DNA of 64,000 nt from Girardia tigrina (Eukaryota): NCBI GenBank assembly GCA_001938485.1, contig MQRK01177746.1:1-64000 (forward strand), written 5' to 3'. The position numbers and the translations under genes are program-made. Each line of letters begins with the position of its first letter. The stretch's first letter is position 1. The notes beneath the pieces were generated by a model. That model made no database searches. It worked only from the letters and a program-made list of their open reading frames with translations, and was not told the DNA's origin. Below, piece by piece: positions 11,467-23,711 of this stretch.

Positions 11467-13740
11467 TTACACAAATGTCCCGATCGTGTTCGGTCGATGT
11501 CCAAACCGCGGGATTATCGTCTCGTCATTGATCGCCCACATCGGTCGTTGAAACTCAAGATGATGGAGGGTTCTCAGTCGAGTCGACATTCTCGGCAGGT
11601 TTATCAATTCGATAAGCATCCCATCTTGCGTGGTTATATCTCCTAACTCGTGGTCGATTCTGGCTTGTGCATTCTCTTCGATTTCTCTCACTATTTTGGT
11701 TTGTATTAGATTTTGAGGACCTTCCGATGGGGTCTAGGTTTTACCTCCAGTCAGTCTCTTCTTTCGGTAATCTCGGTTTCTGCGTTGATATCGTCGATAG
11801 TAGAGATGTAAGTTGATGCCTACCAAGGCGACTAGAGCACCAATAGGTCCTGCAATATTTATTACAATTATAAGGTTACTCGTTTTATTCTTTATCCGTT
11901 GAATCTTCGTGATTTTTCAAGTTGTCCGTTGAGTTGGTCGATTCGTAGTATTGGTCTTTGAAATCGTTGCAGGTACTATTACCCTATCTCCCTCTATACT
12001 CATATTTGTATATCGATACTATAGTGAGCTTAGTAACTCTTTATTTTGTTCGTATACTTTATCACCGTACTGTGGGAATACTATGCGTGTTTGATTCCCT
12101 TGGACTAAATATTCTTAGTGGTATATCGCAAAATTCGCTTCTTTTTTATCTGGCCATGAAAGTAACTGTTAATCTTATTGGTGTATTCACATCAGCGCGT
12201 ATATAGCTTCGGCTTTGCTTAATTAAGGACACTGGTCTTACGATATCTTAACTCCCGTTTCTGCTCGAAGGTTTGGCAATTCAATATTAATGGTTCGTGC
12301 AATCGGTTGGCTTGTCCGTTGTTGATGCTCTGAAATTTGTTGATTCCGTTTATTCGTTCTCGAAGCGGTTGATGGTATTTACGGTAATAGACCCGATACG
12401 CTGTTGCTTTAAATTGGTTTACTATCAGATAAAATATTGTTTCGCTATAAATAAGGACCTCTCTATAATCTCTGATAACCGATTTTTTTTCGACTTGAAC
12501 TTCTAACAATCCAATTCGTTTGTAAATACCTTTCTGTTGGCATATGGCTCCTTCTTGGTGATCTGTGGCCAAGCTCGTACCTGTTTCCGTACCACAGATT
12601 ACGATAATCACTTAATTGGTTTTCATGAGGTGTCGCAAAATTTGAAAACTTTTCAAGGTTACGGTTATCTCGTAATCCTCTACGAAACCAAAGTGTAGAT
12701 ATGGTTCGTAACTTGATCCCATTGTCTCGGCTACTTTGTGATTCTCGCCCACATTTATTTTATCAACCTCGGTCATTCATCGAAGTAGTTCATAAGGGGA
12801 CAACTTTAAACGGTGTACCTCCCATAACATTCTCAACATTTGTATTTTTCATTCGGCTGTAACCTGTGATCCGTTTATGCTATATTCTTGATAGTTTATG
12901 GGGAATCTTTTTCCGTCCATGTTTCAAACTTTTAACACTGCCAACCAGGCTTTCGTGTTATTATGGTTTCTTGATAGCAACATGCATTCTCCTTTTGATG
13001 ACGATCGTCCGTGATACCCCTCTTTCAATATTGACTTGTCATTGTCATCTTTATTCATTAGTAAACTTTCCACTCGTACTTGTCCTTGCTCCTTTCGTAT
13101 GGCGTTCTTTGTTCTCTCTGATAGATATAGAAATTTGGTTGTTGGGTACAATAGTGGTAATAACCATCGAGCGTTCTGATACCATGGGGTCATTGCCCAC
13201 TCCACTCCATTTTGAGTTACTTTTATACTAGTGTACCACTCGATAGTGCATATTTCTCGTTCTGATGTAGGCCTGGAGGAAGATGTTGTCCGTAGAATCA
13301 CTAAATCGGCAGGAATAGCTGCTCTCCATTTCGTAGACGGTTTCTCGCACTTAGGTTGTTCTGCTATTACACATATCCATTCAGGTATGGTTGTCGCTGA
13401 TTGCGTGTTCATATATACCTAGTTATACCTGGCTATTAAATTTCCCTACACGAATCGGTACACCGAGGCTTCGCTGATACTTATCATCATTACTGCCATT
13501 ATCATACTTGTCAACATCATCGAAGGTCGGTAAATCAGATTGGCGTGTGGAACCATTCGTGTTGAACCATCAATATATAGTATAATCGTGACTGTGATTA
13601 CTGTGGATGCGATTACTAAGATGCTTGCTACTGCGAGTATTGTCATCAAGGTGCCGTGGTCCTCTGGCTTTTTTGGTCGCGGCTTTGAAGTTGTCTTAAC
13701 TGTCTTCAATCTGTTCTTGGACTTCCGTTGTACCCATTGT
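11467..13740 (-). pseudogene. Degenerate env-like type I membrane protein ORF (about 750 codons) of an LTR element
   Basis: Collinear minus-strand ORF pieces (13709-13446, 13412-12924, 12611-12219, about 11880-11467). N-terminal hydrophobic segments, a Cys/Trp-containing ectodomain, a C-terminal TM (LIIVINIAGPIGALVALVGINLHL) followed by RRYQRRNRDYRKKR. Lies directly upstream of the PPT and 3' LTR. Confidence 0.6.
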
Positions 13741-13929
13741 CTGATCAGAAAATCGATTGGGTCAATTGTTCAGACAATTGTTCACCCACGGATAGCGGAA
13801 TGAAATGAGCTATATTCATTGTAACTAAACATTTTTTTAAAACTAGAAATTTTTAAGAACTAGATTTTTATTTTGACTTCAAATTTTAATTTATATATAT
13901 ATATATATATATATAGTAGGACTTCAGTT

Positions 13930-15115
13930 TTGGGACAAAATCCGATGAGGGGCAATCCCCTTTTTGGGTCAAAATTAAAAACTTTATTTTTGGACAAATT
14001 TTTTAACTAGATTTTTCAATAACTAAATCTGTTTTATTTCTTTTATGAATTATATCATTCTCAAAAAGTGAAAGAGATGAAATAACATCTTCGTAATTCA
14101 ACTCGAATTCAAAAAAAAATTAAACACGGTGCCAATGTAATCACTGATATAGTAGAAAAAATGCCTTTCTCCATGTTGATGTTTCTCAAGATTACGGACA
14201 ATCAGAAAAAAAAATACTAAATAAATTCCACATAAATCAGAAATTTATAACGAAATTAATGAAAAGTTTTTTTAAGATTTATAGAAAATTGAGGGAATCT
14301 AAAAATATAAAGGAATATATTAGATCATTCGCCGCTTTAGCCTTTGTTCCTTCAAATTAGAGAAATCAAAGAATCGAATGAATTTATTAATAATTTTGAA
14401 AGAACTTATATAAAAGGAAGAAGACTCCATAGGGATAATATAGCTTTTACTCAGCCCTTGTTTCAAATAAATACTTGGAATCAATTTTTAGCCGGAAGTA
14501 GCTGAATAGCAAGAATTCCAAATGTAGTAATCATTACAACTGGCATTATGTTTTACAATCTTTATTTTCATTACACCATCCTATTTTATGGAAGTTTTTT
14601 TAAGGGATTCAAAAGATATGCTTCAAAAAGCATATATTTTACAAGGTGCTATCAGTGTGATTCAAATTCCTCAAATGAAGCATCGAATGCTTAATACAAG
14701 ATTATTAGAAGCTTTCACAAATTTTGGATGAATTGACATTCTTATATTTAAAAAAAAATTTTCATTTGTCTTATAAATAAATTTGGTTGATTAAATGTAT
14801 TTATTCTTGTTTTATTTTTTGATTACTGTTGTACTTAAATCCCATAGAAAGGAACATTTTTCCTTAAAGAGGAGGGGAACCATATCACCTTGTATAAAGT
14901 AATTTTTATTTTATTGTAATACGTTTTATTTTTTTATTTCAACATTTAACTATCATGTGATTATGTAAAGCGATTAAATAAACACGCGATTAAGTAAACA
15001 TACGATTAAGTGAAGTCGAATTAAAAAAGATGTGTCGAATTAAAGAATTTGTGTCAAATAGTCTGTGTTGAATTGTTGTATTTCGAATTGTCTTCAGTCG
15101 AATTGTCCGGTTACC
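13930..15115 (+). mobile_element. Mutator (MULE) transposon remnant
   Basis: Degenerate C-terminal motifs ALAFVP, FERTYI, PLF..NTWN and HPILW. TIR with about 15-bp subrepeats (tcgaattgtc) ending ccggttacc. Confidence 0.7.
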
Positions 15116-15272
15116 GGAAAAATAAATGTAGTTTTAAAAATTTTATTAATAAAAAGGTTTATATTCACGAAAGAATTCTTAATTAAATAAATTATAAAAA
15201 GAATAAATTTAATGTTTTTTTTCTTGTTTAAAATGTTAAATATAAACAGGTATGTTTAAATTTCCACAAAAT

Positions 15273-16319
15273 CAAGGCTTCAATTTTTTCTATTCCCTTT
15301 CCCGTTTTCGTTCACGGGAATGCAATTTTAAAAATTTATGATAACTATTTAAATAGGTAGTCAAAAATAATAAATTATTAAGCTAAAATAGTTGAAATAT
15401 ATTTTATCATTTTTTGTTTGCATTATATAAATAACTTTCATTTTTTACTTCATATTAATTTTGTTAGGGTTTCGAAAAATACATATGAACATTTTTGACA
15501 AAATTTTATATAGAAAAATTTAAAATAATTCTTTTGGTAAAAGTATTAATTTTAAATAAAATAATATTTAGTTTAACAAAAGTTGGAATTGAAAATTAAA
15601 AATATTTTAGTCTTTGTTTTACTTCACCAATTTTCAAGGATGATGAAAACTACTATGTAAACAACAGCAAATCTAGTTTTAGTTTGCCCAAAAAATTATC
15701 TCATCAAAAACAAAAGGAAGCAAGTAAACTCATAGAATTTTTGTTATTTATTATTCTTTTTAAAATATTATTCTTTTTAAACCATAAATAACCCGTATGG
15801 GAGAAAAAGATTTAATTTAAATTTAAACATTCGTTCGTTTTGGAGATTCACAGTTTTTGCTGTAATCTGTTAACTCGTACGAAATATTGTTTTGTGTTCT
15901 GTCATCAAGAATTGAATTATTATTATTATTTTTGATTTGTTTATTTTTGTTATTTGAAATAAAGTTTCATAAAAGAATTTGTGTTCATTGTCTACATATT
16001 TATGTTGGAAGTCCTTTCTGATTAATTGGAGTCAGATTAAAGATTTCAGATTAAAGATTTCAGATTAAAGATTTCAGATTAAAGATTACAGATTAAAGAT
16101 TAAAGTTTAAATAATAAATATTTACAATTAAACATTTAAGATTTGTGTTATAAAAAGTAAATAATTATTATTAATACCCAACAATTTTGTTAACTCATAT
16201 GTCCGGGATATCCGTTCCCGAGAAATATGAAAATGGGAACGGAATTTTCGAAAATCCATTTCCCCGGATTTGGAAATGAAAATCCTAAAAATTAATTTCT
16301 TGGGAAATTTGAAGCCCTG
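15273..16319. mobile_element. Non-autonomous hAT-like element
   Basis: TIRs caaggcttcaattt / aaatttgaagccctg; subterminal ttccc/gggaa repeats; weak 8-bp TSD (5/8 match). Confidence 0.6.
16033..16104. repeat. 14-bp tandem repeat (cagattaaagattt), 5 copies
   Basis: Read directly from the sequence. Confidence 0.9.
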
Positions 16320-16867
16320 ATAAAAATATCGAATACATTTTTTTAATCATGGAAATGTTAAATTATTTGGTGTATTTAAAAATAAAAAAATTAGAACTAA
16401 GAGCTTTTAACCCAGCTTCAACTTTTTCATGGTTTAAATATTCTTAGAGGACGTTTAAGGAACAACATTTAAACAAGTAGATAATAATGTTGTGTCATAA
16501 AAATACAAAGATTTATTTAATGCACACATAAATCACAATATACTTCCAAAATCTCCATCTTGCAATCCATACCTAATTTATTATTTAATCCAGTCTTTCT
16601 CAGAGTGAGTAATAATGCTATTTTGTGAGCAAGGGAGACTTAGAGGGGAGTGTTAACGGGCCCAGAAAAAAATTGGGACATTGGCGTGATTTAGGGGGAG
16701 ATGGTTGATTTGCAATTTTATTTAATTTATATTTTAAATTTTACTAAAATTAAACCTACCTACTACTCAACATTGATTAATTAGTTTATATTTTTACCCT
16801 GCATGATGGTATAAAAATTTAAAAATACTTAACATAAGTTTATTTCTCAATAAAAATTTGACTAGTG

Positions 16868-18706
16868 CAGTGGTTGCCAACCTTTCCAACCTCACGTACC
16901 ATTTACCAAAAGTTCAGGTCGTAGGTGATCGTTTTTTTACGTTTTATCGTTTTTTTCCATCAAATAAAAATAATCATGCTTTTAATCAAATTACATTATG
17001 AAACAGAGTGCAGCAAAAGTACACGACGGGTATTACATAGTCCTCATAGTGATAGACGACATCGAATAGAATCAATAGAATAGATGTAGAGTGGAGTTTT
17101 AGACTGTCATAAAGTTTCATGGAGACATAGACATCGTGTGTCATATTCAGTGTGATGATTGTTCTTGCTTCTGCACCACAAGCTTCGATACGTAGCACGG
17201 TTTTAAACAACGTGCACCTGAGATCGTTCTCCACGACCAGGCGATTTCTCTGCTTCGTCTTCAAAAGCAAGTGGTGGGAAAACCGCTTTCGCACAGGTAA
17301 GTCGATGGGAAGGGAATGAGAATTTTCAACGCCATCCGAGAAACTCTGGGATACAACGTCGCCATTGCGCACCAGAATTTTGGGAGGCTCATTTGGAGAA
17401 AGAGCTCTTCTGCACTGATGTCGTTAACCATCTCAATGAATTCTTCTTGCTCTTCGTTCATGGTATCTGAGATGCAATCTGCACTCTGTGGAAAGGGATT
17501 GCGCACAATTTGGAAGTCGGCAGTGTTGACGTCTTCCAAATACTTGGACATTTCTCAATGCAACGTCATCAAATGCTCCTGAATGGCAGACTTTATGCAG
17601 TCTTCCAGGGTCTCTTCTTTCGACCTCAATCAATTGCTCAGGGTGTTGAACATATCCACCTTGCTCTCCGAAACTTTCCTGTGCCACAACTCCAGCTTCA
17701 TTAGAAAGGCCTTGCCTTTTTCAACGAAATTAAGGATCACCTGTATTGCAAAGAGCCACATTGGCGAATTCTTAATCTGCGAGATGACCTGAGACTTGAT
17801 GCCGTGCGACATTTCATCGATTCGGCGTTGCATAGTGTTGTTAGAGAGGGAAAGCGGCAGGAGCTTCTTGGCACTTTCTTCGCCTAACATAATGCGAACG
17901 ATATCAGCCACACATGGCCAAATCTCCGCGATAGTGTGAGGTTTCTTTTGCTGGGCAATGCGGTACGCGACTGCATAAGACGCTTCTACTGCTGCGGTCG
18001 TTTGTTGCCGAAAGGCTCCTGTCTCATCCAGTCGTGAGCGCTTGACAGCAGCCTCATTTCTCTGGAAGAAGGTTGCGTCCTTGTCTTTTAGCTCCGAATG
18101 ACAGCCTTCCAGATGCCTCTTCAGTAAGCTGGGTTTCATGGATTCTGCAGAGAGCGCTTTATAGCAAATGACGCACTGAGGCCGCACGATGCCAGCAACA
18201 CTGAGAACCGTGAATCCGTATTTGATGTAGTCTTCATTGTAAAGCCGTTTCTTTGCATATGAAGCTAACATCCTGCAAGAGATATCACCATATTCGCATA
18301 TTAAGACAGAAGTAAATAAACCGACTATTAATTAACTTCTTACTTGCTTTCTGCAGAGCTGAATCAAGTAATTTTTGCTCAGTGAACGTTCCTGGGAGTG
18401 GAGCAAACAGTATGTCGGCTGCAATTTACAGAGTGAGCTATATATAGCGGCTGCCAAGGAGCTTACGCTGCAGGCTGCACCCAATAACGTTGTTTAACTA
18501 GCTGCAATCAGCATTTACTATTGCATGCGTGGTGTGTGTGTATCACAGAGTGAGAGAGAGACACTCCCCATGTAAATGCTTAAATACAATATACAAGCGC
18601 GTAAAGATCGCATCACTTGCTTCAAAACGTTATACCCGCCGCGTACCCCCTGACTTTAACGTTTTGTACCCCTGGGAGTGAGCGTACCACAGGTTGGGAA
18701 CCACTG
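16868..18706 (-). mobile_element. hAT Buster/Charlie-type transposon, internally deleted (transposase remnants 18271-17190)
   Basis: TIRs cagtggtt(g/c)ccaacct; perfect 8-bp TSD GACTAGTG with central TA. BED-type finger (RPQCVIC...MKPSLLKRHL), LSNNTMQRRIDEM, FAIQ fused directly to the C-terminal half, and FPSTYLCESGF. Confidence 0.95.
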
Positions 18707-19489
18707 GACTAGTGACTAGTGTATGTACGGGCAAGTCTGCGCATTGCTCAAAACCGCGTTCCCTATAGACCATGTACATGTTCAAGTGTAGCGAGCGTTC
18801 CAAATAAAATTTGACATGTAAAACACGAATATAAAAAAAACACGAACACTCGTTATAGAGTTTTCTCACTTTGACATGCACTGCTAGTTTGGTTAGCTAT
18901 GTCATCCGAACTAATACAAAATCTTATTTATTAGCTAGATTCGACAACGTGATGGTTTTAATAATATTACTGTTTTTCATTAGGAAATTCTTCTGAAATT
19001 ATTATTTCACATAATTAAAGCAATTGTATTTTATTGCTTTCAAAAATCTATCACTAAAAATAGCACTTTCATAATTATTTTTTGTATATAGTGTCAAATA
19101 TTTTCTGTTATTTAGTTGAAAATTTTAAAAAAATAAATATAACCAAACATATGTGTTTGTGAAATGATTTTTTCAAGTTTATTAACAGCGTTATATTTTA
19201 TTTTCCCTTTATAAACGGCAAAGATTTTTAAAAACAAATTATTGAAATTTGATTTTAATATTTTATAACTACTATGTCGGAAACTAAAAATTTGAAAATA
19301 TAATTTTTACTATGCCAATAAACAATTTATATTGATAATATGAAAATTATTTTATGTATTTTCGAAATGCCCATTTTAATCAATTATAGATACCTGGCAA
19401 TTATTTGTTGTTTATATCGTTATTCCACGCGCTATCGTTAAAAGAGCATTTAAGTTCAACAATTTATTTACATATTTGTCAAAACAAGG

Positions 19490-19935
19490 TCATGTCAGAA
19501 GCAAAAAAAGAAGAAACGGCAATACAGTGTAGAATATATTAAATATGGATTCATAGAAAATTCGACAAATCCATCTCTGCCTTTGTGCATACTCTGTTAA
19601 AAACCTTTTCAAATAAAGTGTTGAAGCCTTCAATACTTCAAAATTATTTGAATAAAAGGATTTCAGATAAAAAGAAGAAAAATGTAACCTATTTAAAGAT
19701 CTGGAAAAGAAGCATAATGCTCATCCTAATGTATTGAAACTTTTTTCGGTAGCTGCTAAGCAAGACGATTACAAACTTCGAGCTTCATACAATATCTCTT
19801 TGTTAATTTCTCAAACAGATAAACCACAAACAGTCGGAGAAACGTTAATTTTTACGGCAGTAAAATAAGTTGTAACTACTGTACTCCATAATCCGGTGGC
19901 AGATATTATTAAAAAAATTCCTTTGAGCAAGAGTT
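19490..19935 (+). mobile_element. Degenerate hAT (ZBED5/Charlie-like) transposase N-terminal fragment
   Basis: QYSVEYIKYGF..PLCILC..LKPS; RASYNISLLI..KPQTVGETLI..KIPLS, with frameshifts. Confidence 0.7.
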
Positions 19936-19940
19936 CTGGG

Positions 19941-20430
19941 CTAAGACAAATTGATGTTCCTGCACTCACACTGTTGCCAGTACACACAAAGCATTTTAAA
20001 AACAGAAGGTGACTCATCAGGCAGTGTAAATCTTTGCCTAAAATTCTTCCAATTTTTTGTGATGAAAAGCAAGAAAATTCTTTGCAAGTGGATAACGGTA
20101 GTCCATGGCCTTGAAGATGGCATACAGATCATCAAGGTAAATCTGGTAGAGAGTACCCAAAGAGCCTCTTCACCCAGGCAAGTACATAGTATACCTGATA
20201 TTCGTGTATGAGCAAATTTTTGAGTACCAGAGGCCACCAAAAAGGTTTTGAAGTCTCGCAACCATTCCGACCATTTTTGTCGTTGACATCCAGACGAATT
20301 CAAAAATACATCTAATTGATTGATGTACATTTCCGTGGTCGCCAAATGTTGAGTCACAAAAATGCAACGATTTATTTAATGAAAACATAAATGAAAATAC
20401 GCTTCAAAAATCTCCATATTGTAATCCATG
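19941..20430 (-). mobile_element. Gypsy 5' fragment: LTR end, PBS and gag N-terminus
   Basis: On the minus strand ...gactcaaca-tt-TGGCGACCACGG, a PBS probably for tRNA-Arg. Followed by gag-like WSEWLRDFKTFLVASG..LCTCLGEEAL. Confidence 0.7.
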
Positions 20431-20439
20431 TCTCATTTA

Positions 20440-21205
20440 TTAGGTTGTCCGGAAAGTTCGTAGCGTTTTTCATATTTGATTTCAAGACTGTAATTTTTTA
20501 CTGTTCCCTTTATTTTTCCATGCTTTTTTAATGGTTTCATCAATATTCATATATTATCTTTAAAATCAATTAATTTTCAATTTTTTATTTTCCTAATTAT
20601 GGCCGAAAATAAAATTCATTTAAGAAATGTAATGCTATTTTTTATAATAAGAAGAAAAACACTGCCGAAACGCAGAAAAAAATTTGCGACCTTTATGGTT
20701 CTAGTGCATTTAGGGAAAATATAGTGCGTAAGTGGTTTGCTAACTTCAAGAAAGGTGATTTCAACCTGCAAGATGCAGAAAAATCTGGTCACCCGTCCAC
20801 TATAGATGACGATGAACTGAAAATGAAAATCGCCAAAAATCCGAAAATAAACGTTCAAGACTTGGCATAATTATTGCAGATATCAAAAAGTGCAGTACAT
20901 GAACATTTACAGAAGCTTGATTTTGTTTCAAGACTTTATGCTTGGGTGCCACCTAAATTAACAGAAAAAGTGCTTTCTGATAGAGTTTTTGTCTGCATTT
21001 CGCTCCTCAAAAGAAATAAAGAGAGTCCGGTTCTAAAGCGGCTAATTACCGGCGATTAAAAATGGATAATGTACGATAACGTACAACGCAAAAGATCATG
21101 AGGTAAGCTGGAAAATAAGGCTCTCACATCAGCTAAACCGGATTAGCACCAAAAAAGTTTTATTGAGCGTTGGGTGGGATTGGAAGGGCGTGATTTATTA
21201 CGAGC
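20440..21205 (+). mobile_element. mariner transposon 5' fragment (degenerate transposase)
   Basis: TIR ttaggttgtccggaaagttcg; motifs RKWFANFKKGDFNLQD..SGHP, WVPPKL, LITGD*KWIMYDN and WDWKGVIYYE. Confidence 0.85.
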
Positions 21206-22105
21206 ATACATGTTTGTGTTGAGTGTGTATAAATGAAATTGAATTAGTTATAATTTATAAAATGTAAAGGCGCCATGTACTGTAGCCCGTAGCCCGTAGC
21301 CCATAATTTGAAGGCCGTAGCCCGTAAATTCACGCCCGGCCTGTACGGGCTCCACCCCAGGTTATAAACGTAAGTATATGTGTGAATGTGAAAGTTTTTG
21401 ATTTGATTTGACAGTTGAGTGTGTGTAAGTTATGTGTGTAAAGGCTTTTTTTGATGAAATTTAATCACAATTTCAATCAAATAAAAAAAATCAATTTCAA
21501 ATGGGTGAAAGAAAACAAAATCGATATTATAAATCAGAAATCGAATGCGTTATGTGTATCCTGGAGTCTGAAGGGATTTGTCATTAATCAGTACGACAAT
21601 TTGATTAATGAAAAGCGCTCGAGTGCGATCAAAGACATTTTTGACTCCCTCAGAGCATCTCCATAGGCCCGCATGCTCCCTTCTTCCTTTCAATTCGGAA
21701 AAAGATATATATAACAAGATTTATTAACACAACAATACAACTTGCATCAACAATTAAAAACAACGAATTTCTGTCAATTTCCAGATTGGATAATTTTTAC
21801 CACGGTTAAGTTCAATAAAGGTTTTAAACTTCCACTTCATTTCAGCAGGAGCAACTTGATTTGTCACACGGATTTTGAAATAATGACAAAATGTTTGGAT
21901 GTTGCGATATCTTATAACGTTTATTATATTTATTTTATTTGATACATTAAAACAAAACATATTATAATAATATTATTTATATATTACTTTTAATATAATA
22001 AAACAAACACTTGTTATTAATTTGTTTTAATGAATCACTTTTAATAAATAGATACAAGGCGGGAATTTGAATTATGATGGATACAGTGACATTCATTTTT
22101 AACAA

Positions 22106-22543
22106 ATGCTGTGTAAAATCAATTAGAAAGGATTTACTCAAGATTGTCTAAAAGACCTCCATTTTGGTACTAAACCGTATCAATGTGTTTTACACTTTCC
22201 GGAGTACACCATTATATTCTTCCGCAATGGAAAATGCCGAATAATGGACTATAAACAACCAATTGATCCATTCACTTTACCATTCAATATCACCAATGTT
22301 AGTTTACAATCTATTACAGTGACGTGTGATTATGGTGAGCCCATAAATATCAATGCTTTGAAAAAGACTACTCCGAATCATTATGAACCTGAAATGTTTC
22401 CTTCTTTGAGATTAACTTGTTTTAATCCAATATGTGTAAATGTTTTTGGTTTTGGGAAAATTATAATCACCAGTTTGAGAGATTTGAACTATAAGGATTT
22501 TGTTACACGTGTTTGTGACTATATTTTGTTTAAAACTATGTAA
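22106..22543 (+). pseudogene. Miniature intronless TATA-binding-protein (TBP)-like gene, 145 codons, premature TAG at codon 7
   Basis: MLCKIN*KG...YTIIFFRNGKCRIMDYK (first TBP repeat, like LIFxSGK). Then SLQSITVTCDYGEPININAL...HYEPEMFPSLRL..NPICVNVFGFGKIIITSLR (second repeat, like NIVGSCDVKFPIRLEGL..YEPELFPGL..LLIFVSGKVVLTG). Confidence 0.85.
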
Positions 22544-23468
22544 GTTGTGTTTCAAATATATTTTTTGGTATCTTCATTCCAAATCTTGTGTATATTTTAC
22601 ATTGTACATATTTGTTGCAGCTTTAAAAGCTATGTAAATAAATGTTTGTTGAAATTACTCGTTTTATACATGTCTTTATTCATAAACTTGTAAACAACAA
22701 CTTTTATTATATATAATATTGATATATACTATAAAATGTTAACTGTGCAATTCGTTGACATGATGGTTGATAATAATCACTTAGCTGATTATGTAGATGT
22801 TATGTATAATGTCGATGCATGCTTTAAGTATTATAGGAGTTTTATACATTTAGTTTTTACATCTAAAATAAAAGGTTATATATCTTGGTTATGGTAACCA
22901 TGGTGCTAGAGATTGTTAAGAAGGTACATTAGGCAATTAATGAGTTATGGTTTGATGGTAAATACATGCATATATCATAGGGGTTTCAGATATATACGAA
23001 AAAATGATTTTTGAGCACTTTTTTGAGAATTTCAGAAATGTTCGAAAAATCAATTTATCAGCCCTTTTACAAAAATGTTAATATGGAATCTGAATGTACG
23101 TTATGGGTTACTATTCAAGTGCATTAGCACTTTTTTGATATTCTGCTTCCTTGAACCTCGAAAATCGATGTGCATTTTGTGTAAATTTGCACATTGTGTT
23201 AATTATAGAGAAAAGTAATCAATATATAAAATTTCTAATTGCACATTTAGATAGAGAATCATAATGTGCATCAAACTCATGATATTGATTTTTGACACTT
23301 AAAAAATTTTATGTATTGATTTTTGCACTTTTGCACATGTGCAGCTTGAAAAGCACTGTGTTATCATATTAGAAATGTGTGGCACAATGGGCACTATCGA
23401 TCAGCACTTAAAATATCGATTAGCACATCTTGGCACTGTACAGCAATCGATTAGAACTTTTTTCTACA

Positions 23469-23711
23469 CTTGCTAAGGAAAGGGTCACAGTTGCTATGGA
23501 TACGGTAACCGTTACCATGGTTACAACCGCCTTGAATCACTGTATCGTTGCTAATGAAAAACATCCCTTGGTTACCGTTGATATGGTAACTAAGACCTTG
23601 GTTACCGTTACCAAGTGAACCGGTAACAGGGACCGTTGCCATAGTAACCTAGACCGTTGCTATGGTAACCGCGACCGTTTCTATGGTAATTGAACCTGTG
23701 TCCATGGTAAC
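23469..23711. promoter_or_regulatory. Array of 7 or more RFX X-box-like palindromes
   Basis: GTTGCTATGGATAC (23490), GTTACCATGGTTAC (23511), GTTGATATGGTAAC (23577), GTTGCCATAGTAAC (23635), GTTGCTATGGTAAC (23656), GTTTCTATGGTAAT (23677), GTGTCCATGGTAAC (23698). These match the X-box consensus GTNRCY-N2-RGYAAC, some with mismatches. Confidence 0.7.

Noticed and set aside
16986-17792. Many overlapping short ORFs on both strands
   Set aside because: Shadow frames of the GC-rich hAT transposase. The antisense ORFs over the Gypsy pol and Tigger regions are rejected for the same reason.
23430-23642. Repetitive ORFs (VTVAMDT.../GNGNQG...)
   Set aside because: By-products of the X-box repeat array, not credible proteins.
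23469-23711. CRISPR-like array
   Set aside because: Eukaryotic context, 14-bp degenerate repeats with 7-bp spacers, and no cas genes.
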